Shown: piece by piece, positions 24,011-35,411 of the stretch
Layout: every line of letters begins with the position of its first letter
How positions within the stretch are numbered: the first letter of the stretch is position 1
Assembly: GCF_030684315.1 (NCBI RefSeq)
Contig: NC_081361.1
Location: 14,683,861-14,747,860, forward strand
DNA length: 64,000 bases
Direction: 5' to 3'
Origin: Stegostoma tigrinum
Taxonomy: Eukaryota
Notes under the pieces: generated by a model
What the model saw: the letters and a program-made list of their open reading frames with translations, nothing else
Told to the model about the DNA's origin: nothing
Databases searched by the model: none
Position numbers and translations under genes: made by a program

Positions 24011-24594
24011 TGTCATGCTCAAACAACATGAAGAGAAATCACAAAGTAAACTGTGTTCCCTTCTACATTTCCATGCAAAAGTTCTGTTTCTATTAAAACA
24101 AGTGGACAAATTTGCTGGTCTTAAAACGGCTGAGTATGATCACACGAATGCATTTCCAGAAGCTTCTGAACTCCTTCCATCGTACAGAGACTTCAGCTAA
24201 AGCTGACATGAAGGGACTTGGAGAACAGCCATCTGCTTCCAAACAGCTGTGGACAAAGGAAAACGTCAAGATCCGTTATGCAAAACAAAAGCACAGATTC
24301 TTTTATAGAGCTTCCATTGTGTGCTAACTAATGGGGGGAGTCAGAGCTACAGTGTTTTGATTAATGATTTTTAATTAGCCTATTGAGATGGGCCATCGGC
24401 ATCCAAAATGTCTATCTTTATAGCCTGACTGCACTTAGAGCTGGTTAAAATTGCTTAACATTATAGGAGCTGAAGTCAGTTGCTGTTTCATCTCCCAGAG
24501 TGGAAGCAGGACACCAGGTAGAGTCTGCATTCTGCCTCAGAGCGTCCAGCGCGCCCTCTCTCTCTCACACACACACACACACAAACTGCCACTT

Positions 24595-24625
24595 GGGTGG
24601 GGGTGGGGGGAGGGGGGCGCGGGGG
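24595..24625 (+). other. G-quadruplex-forming motif in a small CpG/GC patch
   Basis: GGGTGGGGGTGGGGGGAGGGGGGCGCGGGGG: five G-runs of 3 or more with 1-3 nt loops, next to (CT)(CA) repeat and GCGCGCC. Confidence 0.6.
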
Positions 24626-24789
24626 AGTGCAGTGGAGAGAAAGAAACCAAAACTTTGCCGGAAAGAAGGAAAATAGCAGAATCCATCTTACTGGGGCACT
24701 ATTATTGAACACTGACCGCTAGAGATTCCTAAAACATACAAACTGATTTTTAACACTTCTGAAGTTACCAAATTGTGTAATTTATAACT

Positions 24790-25050
24790 GATAAGACCAC
24801 AAGGCATAGGAGCAGAAGTTAGGCCATTCAGCCCATCAAGTCTGCTCTACCATTCAATCATGACTGAAAAGTTTCTCAACCCCATTCTCCCACTTTCTCC
24901 CCATAACCCTTGATTGCCTTGAAAAATCAAGAACCTACACATCTCTGTCTTGATAAGACACAATGACCCGGCCTCCACAGCCTTCTGTGCCAGTGAACTC
25001 CACAGACTCACCAATCTCAGGCTGAAGTTTCTCTATCTCCGTTTCTCCTT
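24790..25050 (-). mobile_element. CR1 3' end fragment
   Basis: TAAGACCACAAGGCATAGGAGCAGAAGTTAGGCCATTCAGCCCATCAAGTCTGCTC. Confidence 0.75.
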
Positions 25051-25403
25051 CCCACGTCTCCTCTCCTGCTTTCGCTCATGTCTGGAGTATATACATCTTA
25101 CGATTGGTGAAGCAATTGCCCTGCCTTTTGAAATGTTTCTTCTTTGTAACCCCTGTGACTTCATCTCAAAAGAAGTGTTTTGCTATTTTAAAAATTGGAA
25201 TGCGAGAACAAGGGTCTGAGCAATACCCTTCAGTAAGAGAGAGGAGGTAAAAAGAGAAACAAGAACACCAAGCAATACTTCATTGCTTTGACTTAGCAGG
25301 GGAAAGGTCTTTCTAATTTAAATTCATCCCCTTTTTCCCCATTATGGTAGAAAAACAAAATAATACCTTTACAAATCTATTAATTGGAGAAATGACTAAC
25401 CTA

Positions 25404-26536
25404 TGGCTGGGAACACTATTGTTCGAGTACGATAGATGGGTCAGTTTTTGTCCAGTGTGTGCAGGAGGGCTTCCTGACACAGTATGTAGACAGGCCAACA
25501 AGGGGCGAAGCCACATTAGATTTGGTACTGGGTAATGAGCCCGGCCAGGTGTTAGATTTGGTAGTAGGTGAGCATTTTGGTGCTAGCGATCACAATTCTG
25601 TTATGTTTAATTTAGTGATGGAAAGGGGTAGGTGTATACCACTGGGTAAGAGATATAGCTGGGGGAAAGGCACTTACGATGAGATTAGGCAAGAATTAGG
25701 GAGCATAGGATGGGGAAGGAAACTGCAGGGGATGGGCACATTAGAAATGTGGAGCTTATTCAAGGAAAAGCTCCTGTGTGTCCGAGATAACTATGTACCT
25801 TTCAGGCAGGGAGGAAGCTATACAGCATGGTAGCCGTGGTTTACGAAGGAGGTGGAATCTCTGGTCAAGAGGAAGAAGGCGGCTGATGTTAGGATGAAAA
25901 TGTGAAGGCTCAGTTAGGTCACTTGAGGGCTACGAGGTAGCCAGGAAAGACCTAAAGAGAGAGCTCAGAAGAGCCAGGAGGAGACATGAGAAGTTGTTGG
26001 CAGATAGGATCAGTGTAAACCCTAAGGCTTTCTATAGGTTTTTAAGGAATAAAAGAATGACAAAAGTAAGTTTAGGGCCAATCAAAGATAGTAGTGGTAA
26101 GTTGTGTGTGGAGTCAGATGAGATAGGGGAAGCGCTAAATGAATATTTTTCAACAGTATTCACTCTAGAAAACGACAATGTTATCGAGGAGAATACTGAG
26201 GTACAGGCTACTAGACTAGGTGGGATTGAGGTTCACAAGGAAGAGGTATTAGAAATCCTAGAGGGTGAAGATAGATAAGTCCCCTGGGCTGGATGGGATT
26301 TATCCTCAGATCCTCTGGGAAGCCAGGGAGAAGATTGCAGAGCCTTGAGCATTGATCTTTAACTCGTCATTGTCTACAGGAATAGTGCCAGATGACTGGA
26401 AGATAGCAAATGTGGTTCCCTGTTCAAGAAGGGGAGGAGAGACAACCCTGGTAATTTTAGACCAGTGAGCCTTACTTCAGTTGTTGGTAAAGTGTTGGAA
26501 AAGGTTATAAGGGATAGGATTTGTAATCATCTAGAA
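25404..26536 (+). mobile_element. Outer CR1/HER1-type LINE, 5' part (endonuclease end to start of RT), pseudogenised
   Basis: ORFs 25459..25833 (QEGFLTQYVDRPTRGEATLDLVLGNEPGQV...GASDHN) and 25994..26278 (NPKAFYR...EALNEYFSTVFT); frame resumes at 29244. Confidence 0.92.
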
Positions 26537-29240
26537 CATAGAACAGTACAGCACAGAACAGGCCCTTCAGCCTACAATGTTGTGCCGACCATTAATCCTC
26601 ATGTATGCACCCTCAAATTTCTGTGACCATATGCATGTCCAGCAGTCTCTTAAATGACCCCAATGACCTTGCTTCCACAACTGCTGCTGGCAACGCATTC
26701 CATGCTCTCACAACTCTCTGTGTAAAGAACCCGCCTCTGACATCCCCTCTATACTTTCCTCCAACCAGCTTAAAACGATGACCCCTCATGCTAGCCATTT
26801 CTGCCCTGGGAAATAGTCTCTGGCTATCAACTCTATCTCTGCCTCTCATTATCTTGTATACCTCAATTAGGTCCCCTCTCCTCCTCCTTTTCTCCAGTGA
26901 AAAGAGGCCAAGCTCAGTCAAACTCTCTTCATAAGATAAGCCCTTCAGTCCAGGCAGCATCCTGGTAAACCTCCTCTGAACCCTCTCCAAAGCATCCACA
27001 TCTTTCCTATAATAGGGTGACCAGAACTGGACGCAGTATTCCAAGTGCGGTCTAACCAAAGTTTTATAGAGCTGCAACAAGATCTCACGACTTTTAAACT
27101 CAATCCCCCTGTTAAATGAAAGCCAAAACACCATATGCTTTCTAAACAACCCTGTCCACTTGGGTGGACATTTTAAGGGATCTATGTATCTGCACACCAA
27201 GATCCCTCTGTTCCTCCACACTGCCAAGAATCCTATCCTTAATCCTGTACTCAGCTTTCAAATTCGACATTCCAAAATGCATCACCTCGCATTTATCCAG
27301 GTTGAACTCCATCTGCCACCTCTCAGCCCATCTCTGCATCCTGTCAATGTCCTGCTGCAGCCTACAACAGCCGTCAATACTGTCAATGACACCTCCGACC
27401 TTTGTCGTCTGCAAACTTGCTGACCCATCCTTCAATCCCCTCATCCAAGTCATTAATAAAAATTACAAACAGTAGAGGCCCAAGGACAGAGCCCTGTGGA
27501 ACCCCACTCACCACTGACTTCCAGGCAGAATATTTTCCTTCTACTACCACTCGCTGTCTTCTGTTGGCCAGCCAATTCTGTATCCAGGCAGCTAAGTTCC
27601 CCTGTATCCCATTCCTCCTGACCTTCTGAATGAGCCTACCATGGGGAACCTTATCAAATGCCTTACTGAAGTCCATTTACACCACATCAACAGCTCGACC
27701 CTCATCGACTTTTCTAGTCACATCCTCAAAGAACTCGATAAGGTTTGTGAGGCATGACCTGCCCCTCACAAAGCAGTGTTGACTGCATTTGATCAAGCCA
27801 TGCTCTTCCGGGTGGTCATAAATCCTATCCCTCAGAATCCTTTCTAACACTTTGCAGACGACAGACGTGAGAATTACTGGTCTGTAATTGCCGGGGATTT
27901 CCCTATTTCCTTTCTTGAAGAGAGGAGTTGCATTTGCCTCTCTCTCCAGTCCTCAGGTACGACTCCAGTGGAGAGCGAGGATGCAAAGATCTTCGCAAGT
28001 GGCAAAGCAATTGCATTTCTCGCTTCCCAAAGCAGCCGAGGACAAATCTGGTCCGGGGCTGGCGACTTGTCAATCTTAGTGTTTGACAAAATTTTCAGCA
28101 CCTCAGCTTCCTCTATCTCTATCCATTCCAGCATGCACACCTGCTCTTCAAAGGCTTCATTCACTACAAAGTTCGTTTCTTTCGTAAAGACAGAAGCAAA
28201 AAACTCATTTAGGGCTTCCCCTACCTCCTCAGACTCCACACACAAGTTCCCTATGCTATCCCTGATCGGCCCTACTCTTTCTTTGACCATTCTCTTATTC
28301 CTCACGTAAGTGTAAAATGCCTTTGTGTTTTCCCTAATTCGTTCCGCCAAGCCTTTCTCGTGCCCCCTCCTGGCTCTCCTCAGACCAATTTTGAGCTCCT
28401 TCCTTGCCTGCGTGTAATCCTCTCTAGCTGAACTTGACCCTAGCTTCCTCCACCTTATGTAAGCTACCTTCTTCCTTTTCACAAGAAGCTCCACCGCTCT
28501 CGTCATCCAAGGTTCCTTTATCTTACCTGTCTCAGAGGGACATATTTACTCATCACTCGCAACAACTGTTCCTTAAACAGTCTCCACATGTCTATAGTTC
28601 CCTTACCATCGAACAATTGCTCCCAGTCCATACTTCCTAACTCATGTCTAATCGCGTCATAGTTTCCTCTTCCCCAATTAAATATCCTCCCATTTTGCCT
28701 AATCCTCTCCTTCTCCACAGCTATGTAGAATGTGAGGCAGTTATGGTCACTATCACCAAAATGCTCTCCCACCACAAGATCTGATACCTGCCCCGGCTCG
28801 TTTCCAAGCACCAAGTCTAGAATGGCCTCTCCCCTCGTCGGCCTGTCAACGTACTGCGTTAGGAAACCCTCCTGAACACACCTTACAAAAACAACTCCAT
28901 TCAAATCTTCTGCTCGAAGGAGGTTCCAATCAATATTAGGAAAGTTAAAGTCACCCATTACAACAACCCTACTGCGTCCACACTTTTCCGAAATCTGTCG
29001 ACCTATGCTTTCTTCAATCTCCCTGCTGCTATTGGGGGGGCCTGTAGTAATCCCCATAACGAGGTGACTACTCCCTTGCTGTTCCTAATTTCCACCCGCA
29101 CTGACTCGGTAGGCAGATCTTCCTCGACAATGGAAGCTTCTGTAGCTGTGATACCCTCTCTGATTAGTAGTGCTACACCCACTCCTCTTTTTCCCCCCCT
29201 CCCTATTCTTTTTAAATGTTCTAAACCCTGGAACATCCAG
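26537..29240 (-). mobile_element. Inner CR1/HER1-type LINE, 5'-truncated, inserted in opposite orientation
   Basis: Minus ORFs 28518..29057 (MGDFNFPNIDW, SDHN), 27874..28506, 27383..27676 ([28 protein letters not shown]), 26613..27227 (YKTLVRPHLEYCVQFW); (TTCTATG)-type tail; TSD CATCTAGAA at 26528-26536 and 29244-29252. Confidence 0.95.
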
Positions 29241-29243
29241 GAA

Positions 29244-30532
29244 CATCTAGAAACGAATAATTTGATTAGGGCTAGTCAGCATGGTTTTGTGAAGGGTAGG
29301 TCATGCCTCACAAACTTTATTGAGTTCTTTGAGAAGGTGACCAAACAGGTAGATGAGAGTAAACCGGTTGATGTGGTATATATGGATTTCAGCAAGACGT
29401 TCAATAACGTTCCCCACAGTAGGCTATTGTACCAAAAGTAGAGGAATGGGATTGTGGGAGATATAGCAGTTTGGAACAGAAATTAGCTTTCTGAAAGAAG
29501 ACAGAGGGTGGTGGCTGATGGGAAATGTTCATCCTGGAGACCAGTTACTAGTGGTGTACCGCAAGGGTTGGTGTTGGGTCCACTGCTGTTCGTCATTTTT
29601 ATAAACGACCTGGATGAGGGTGTAGAAGGATGGGTTAGCAAATTTGCAGACGACTAAGGTCGGTGGAGTTATGGATTGTGATGAAGGATGTTGTAGGGTA
29701 CAGAGAGACAAAAACAAGCTGTAGAGCTGGGCTGAGAGGTGGCAAATGGAGTTTAATGCAGACAAGTGTGAGGTGATGCACTTTGGTAGGAGTAACCGGA
29801 AGGCAAAGTACAGGGCTAATGGTAAGAGTCTTAGCAGCGTAGAGGAGCAGAGAGATCTCGGTGTCCATGTACACAGATCCTTGAAAGTTGCCACCCAGGT
29901 TGGCAGGGCTGTTAAGAAGGCATACAGTGTTTTAGCTTTTATTAATAGAGGGATCGAGTTCTGGAACCATGAGGTTATGCTGCAGCTGTACAAAACTCTG
30001 GTGCGGCCACACTTGGAGTATTGCGTACAGTTCTGGTCACCGCATTATAAGGAGGATGTGGAAGATTTGGAAAGGGTGCAGAGGAGATTTACTACGATGT
30101 TGCCTGGTATGGAGGGAAGGTCTTACAAGGAAAGGGTGAGGGGCTGGAGGCTGTTTTTTGTTAAAGAGAAGAAGGTTGAGAGGTGACTTAATTAAGACAT
30201 ATAAAATTATCAGAGGGTTTGATAGAGTGGATAGGGCAAGCCTTTTTCTTAGGATGGTGATGGTGAGCACGAGGGGGCACAGCTTTAAATTGAGGGGTGA
30301 AAGATATAGGACAGATGTCAGAGGTAGTTTCTTTCCTCAGACAGTAGTAAGGGAACGGAACGGAACGCTTTGCCTGCAACGGTAGTAGATTTGCCAACTT
30401 TAGGTACATTTAAGTCGTCATTGGACAAGCATATGGACATACATAGAATACTGTAGGTTAGATGGGCTTCAGGTTGGCACAACGTTGAGGGGCGAAGGGC
30501 CTGTACTGTGCTGTAATGTTCTATGTTCTATG
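29244..30532 (+). mobile_element. Outer CR1/HER1-type LINE, 3' part (RT to tail)
   Basis: HLETNNLIRASQHGFVKGRSCLTN..., ORF 29746..30186 (MEFNADKCEVMHFG...RPHLEYCVQFW), tail ATGTTCTATGTTCTATG. Confidence 0.93.
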
Positions 30533-30691
30533 CAAAGATGTGGAACAAGATGTGAAACAAACATGTTTCAATGCTCACATGCAGCAGTTTGTAGCTAGCT
30601 GGACTGTTCAAACTGAATGTCTCGGTAATCCAAAAACAGAAAACACAATATTACCACAGTTGTATTAGACCATGTGCCGCCCTTGCACGAG

Positions 30692-30741
30692 AGGGAAGAA
30701 GAAAGAAAAAAAAGGGAAGAAGAAAGAAAAAAAAGGGAAGA
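30692..30741. repeat. 21-bp polypurine tandem repeat (about 2.4 copies)
   Basis: AGGGAAGAAGAAAGAAAAAAA repeated exactly. Confidence 0.9.
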
Positions 30742-31129
30742 TCTTTTGTCCTGGTGGTAATCAAGAATCCATCAACCACTTAAAAAAATAAAGTCACCCA
30801 CTGCCTTTTGGAGGAAGAGAATTTCAAATATTCTCACCTCTTAAGAGAAAATGAAATGTTTTCTCAGCTCTGTTTCAATGGGCACCAGCTCCCTCCTGCC
30901 CCTTATTTTTAAACCATGACCCCTAATTCTAGTTTCTCCCTAAAGAGGAAACATTCTTTTGAAATCCACCTGGTCAGGTCCCATCAGGATCTTCTATGCT
31001 TCAATCAAGCCACTTTGACTCTAAACTGCGGAATAGACAGGCCAAGCTTGTCTAGGCTTTCCACAAAGCAATCCATTCATTCCAGGTATGAGTCTCTGAA
31101 CTGCTTTTAATGCATTAACATTCTTCAGT

Positions 31130-33220
31130 ACGTATGGTGAACAGTATTATACACATTGGGAGGTGGGGCAAGAAAGAGGTCAATTAAAGGGTATAGAACA
31201 GGACAGAGTGGGTCCCACAATATATGTTGGCCAGCTGGTGCCAAGGTGAAGGTTGTCCTGAGCTGACTTGAAAGGATGCTCTGACAGGAGAGTGGAGGAT
31301 TCAGTCATAATGTTCCATATTAGCACCAGTAACAGGAAGGGGTTGCAAGAGATCCTATTGGAACAATATCAAAAATTTGGAGCAGATTTGTAAAATTGGA
31401 TCCCAAGGATATTAGCCTGTTATGTATTACCCTTTGCCATGGTGGGGATAGTAAACATATGGCTGAAGGAACATTGTGAGAAGAAGGAAGGTGTTGCATT
31501 TCATGGGACACTGGCGGCAGTACTGGGTTAAGAATGAATGGTACCATTGCAACGAGCATCACCTGTCTGGGACTGCAATCAAAGGTCCCAATATAAAGGC
31601 TAAACAGGTTGTTCACAAGGACTTTACCCTATTCCATTAGAATCAGGGGACGGAACGGGTAGAACAGGTCATTTAAAATGACAGTACAAAAACAACCGGG
31701 GAGGGAAAGTACAGGAATGATCAGAAATTGTGCTTAAGACATGGAGGAAAGTTAAACTAAAAAAATTAACGGAATTACATTGGAAGAGAAAGCTTAGAAA
31801 ATTAGGATATGTAGCCGTGATAAGGATTCTATATATAAATGTACAGCACTTAAGGGAATGAGTTGTGCTGGCAAGTTTGTTGTGGAGAGTCTAATGTGGC
31901 AACCGTCATTGAGACATGGCTGTGTAACAAACAGGGCTGGAAACTAAAGTGGAAATATTACAAGCCCCACAGGAAAGGTTGGAAAATTGGAGTAGAGAAC
32001 AGCAGCATTCACCATTAAGGATGAAATGATGTCGATGATAATCGAGAGCATAATGGGAGGCAAACATACAGTGAAGATTTTAAGAGTCAAGAAATCAGAA
32101 AAGAATTTAATGCTACCATGGGACTTCTATATAGTTTCTCTAGATCACTTGTAAATATTAGACAAGCATGAGCTCCCAAGGAGAGGCACTTTAGATCAGA
32201 AATGTTAACTGTTTCTCTGTCCACTGGTGTTGCCAGACTTCCTGAGCTTCTCTTGTTCTGTACTTCAGTTTTAACCTCAGATCCCCAGCATTTGGGTAAT
32301 TAGCAGTTGTTCTAGTAAAAAGGCAGAGCAGCCTTAATGTGGGTGATATTTAAACTTTGATATAGATTGACAAAAGACAACAAGCACACATTAGAAATTC
32401 AGTGAACATCTGTACGTTTGGGATAGTTTTCTGACACTTTTGTCCCAGGTCCTAACAAAGGACCATGCCATATTTGATCAATGAATCTGTGATGAACCAG
32501 ATGTTGAGCTTTAAAAAGAAGGAATGGGAAAAAAAAGAAGAGATTCTATATTTGGATAATGCTGACTTCAATAATCAAGACAGAAACTCTCCGCAGTTAA
32601 CTGAGCAACCTATGAATGTTGAAAGACAGAGGATAAGTAAGTGAGGGGTGCTAAACAAAAGTCCTTCATGAAATACAAAACGAGGATTGAAGGAGCCAAA
32701 TCTCCCCAGCCATGTCAACAACTATGGATAGCTAAAGCAGTCAGGGATAAAATGTAAAAATACAAGTTGAGGCAAACAAAAGTGAAAATAAATAGCACAG
32801 TTTGTGTTACATGAGAAAGATAGAGAGAACAGCAAATGGTGACAAAGAAGACAGTCAGAGCTACAAAAAGGACTATGAAAATAAATTGTAAACAACATCA
32901 AAATTAAATTTGTACATTTTTACAAGTGACAGATTCAACATAGGACCTGAGAAAATGGTTCATGGGATGACTGACAATAAGGAGATGGACATACTTTGAA
33001 TTATTGCTTTGCATCTGTATTCACTGTTTAGATCGCTGTCAGAAACCTGTTCAGTATGGTGAGCGCCATTTTGTCTCACTCAACAATTTGGACATAAATT
33101 ACAGCAATATAAAAAAAGTGTTAACGACTACCAGTTCCCATTTAGGTGTGTTTGAAAGCATACTTCGAACTCTACTACATTGCGAGTGATAGGCTGCAAT
33201 GATAAATTCATAAAAATGAA
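31130..33220 (+). mobile_element. Old, long CR1 relic including ORF1 SGNH/esterase region and ORF2 endonuclease
   Basis: 31460-31590 translates (one frameshift) WLKEHC...FMGHWRQYW...YHCNEHHL, resembling CR1 ORF1 FxGHWxxxW...DGLHL; ~31900 VATVIETWL. Confidence 0.55.
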
Positions 33221-33235
33221 CAGTTTCGGTGATCT

Positions 33236-33716
33236 CAGATAGTAGGAACTGCAGATGCTGGAGAGTCTCAGATAACAAGGTGTAGGAGTTGGATGAACAC
33301 AGCAGGCCAAGCAGCATCAGAGGAGCCGGAAAGCAGACATTTCGGGCCTAGACTCTTCTTCAGAAATGTGGGAGGGTAAAGGGATCTGAAATAAATAGGG
33401 AGAGATGGGGAGGCGGATAGAAGATGGATACTGGAGGGAGGCTGTCCTCCCTGGACTAACCTATCCCCTCCCAAACTCCCCACCTACACTCACCTTTACT
33501 GACTCCATTCCCATCCATTTGGCCTGTCTGTCTCCTCTCCACCCACCTTCTCCTCTGTCCATCTTCTCTCTGCCTACCCCTCTTTCCCCATATTCTTCAG
33601 AACCCCTTTCCCCTCCCCCATTTCTGAAGAAGGGTCTAGGCCGGAAACATTGGCCTTCCTGCTCCTCTGATGCTGCTTCGCCTGCTGTGTTCATCCAGCT
33701 CTACACCTTGTTATCT
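33236..33716. mobile_element. Penelope-like fold-back element with two hammerhead cores
   Basis: Arms 33270-33440 and 33540-33716 are inverted copies; cores at 33336-33363 (-) and 33624-33651 (+); flanking TSD CAGTTTCRRTGATCT at 33221-33235 and 33717-33731. Confidence 0.8.
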
Positions 33717-34779
33717 CAGTTTCAATGATCTGTCTGACAATGACAATGACAGTCACTTGCAACCTGGCTTCAAGGCTTTGGTCAGGGAAATTTTCCAATA
33801 TTTTCAACTTTGCCAGAAATTCATGCTTTTAGCGACCCAACATCTGATTATAAACCAGAGTTTGTCCGAAACACAAATAATAGAAGATATTAATCTGAAA
33901 TAATTATTTCAGGAGGTCTTGTTATCTTGTCTGTAACATGAACGTTTTTTCAGCAGAGCTCAAACATTTAGAAATTCTGATCTATGCAAGAAGAGGAGAA
34001 TATGTTACAAACATGGCAGAAACTTGATACATTGTTCCATACTTCATGAGCTGATTGTCAAAGAAAACGAGGATAAAGCATACTTCAATAATATTCCATG
34101 ATTTAATGTACTTGCATGAAAATCCTTCAAAGGAATTGATTTTCTGATCTTACGATTGTGGAAAAACAATAAAATGTTAAACTGAATAGCTTTTATGAAC
34201 CTATTCTGAATTGGACTGCTATATTGTATGGTGGGATAATTAGATTCCGGAATAATTCATTTTATTCCATTAGACCATTGGGTTTAATCTAATTGAGAAA
34301 TTATTTATAGGGTCTGCATTTAACCCAGACATCAGCTGTCCTCTCACATTGCTTTCATCCACAGCAAACATATTTCTTTGCTGCACATTTATTAGGTTGT
34401 GATCTTTTCATAATTCCCCAAAGATTTGTGTGCACAGTACATCTGTACCATAAACGGATATGGTTAAACGCCAAGATGTCATTGCCACCCACACATTGCA
34501 AGTGGTAACACCAGCAATTACAAACAAACCGAGAATAGCAAGAAACTATGTATATTGAGGCCCATTATTGCCTAACACAAAAAGCACAGAAGCACTTGCA
34601 AATCTTCCAACACTCTTCTTCCTCAACTAATAGTGCAGCCTTTCATTTCCTTTACCCTCAAATGCTCATCTACATTTTTCTTAATACAGTATCTCTAATA
34701 TCCTTTTCTAACACACTGGGGTAATGCAATTTAAAAATCAGGCCCCGTTATTCCTAAATGACCAAGTGTCTTTTTTTTT

Positions 34780-35411
34780 AAAAAGATACACCGTGCACCA
34801 ACTGATTCGACTTTTAAACCGAGGTGATAGAAAATATGGAGCAGGTTTCTGCAGTAAGCAAATAAGCTAATACGAGCCATTGGTATGTATCAAACTCGAA
34901 TCCCTGAAAACTCCTCCTTGCACACAGGCGAAACGGAAAAATAAATTATTGGCCGAGGTAGAATAAAAAAACTGAAAAGTTAGTTGACGTGTGCGCTTTT
35001 CAGTTCTGACGGTGAGACGATCCTGCTTTGGCTGGCCAGATCCCTCATTTTTTTGTTGTTTTCCTCTGGAAGCTTCCACTGGTTTTAAAGGTGTACAAAT
35101 TGAGTGATTCATTTGGAAGAGGCTTCCTATTTATCAATTCTGAAATAGTTCACTGCTGCAGTAAAGATAACTTGTTTTCTTTAAGTTGAGCCGAGTTTTT
35201 GATTCTAGAAAGTAGTAACTTACGGTGGGGAGAAAGAATGGGAGAAGTAGATTTGTGTGTATCTGTGTCTCTGTAATTTGTCTCCAGTTCCAACCTGCAC
35301 AGTTAGCTGACAACCGATCAGCTTCACTTGTCAATATCCAATTGCCGGATCCCATAGCCGCATTCGCAATAGTTATCGGGTTCCTTGCTGTGAAATTATA
35401 CAGTTATCCTG
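34780..35411. promoter_or_regulatory. CpG-retaining, non-repeat island with splice-site-like signals (candidate promoter/exon region)
   Basis: Roughly 20 CpGs in ~630 bp against a CpG-poor background; + donor ACG|GTGAGA (35011/12), + acceptor at 35287, + donor 35411/12, - donor ACC|GTAAGT (35224/23). Confidence 0.35.

Noticed and set aside
25459-30385. Longest ORFs in the track (up to 210 aa) as functional genes
   Set aside because: They are frameshifted, stop-interrupted CR1 ORF2 pieces or their antisense shadows; no intact RT frame.
33770-33950. hAT transposase dimerisation-domain relic (FPIFSTL...PTS...RV)
   Set aside because: Needs several frameshifts and lacks a clear ERxFS motif; too weak without an HMM search.
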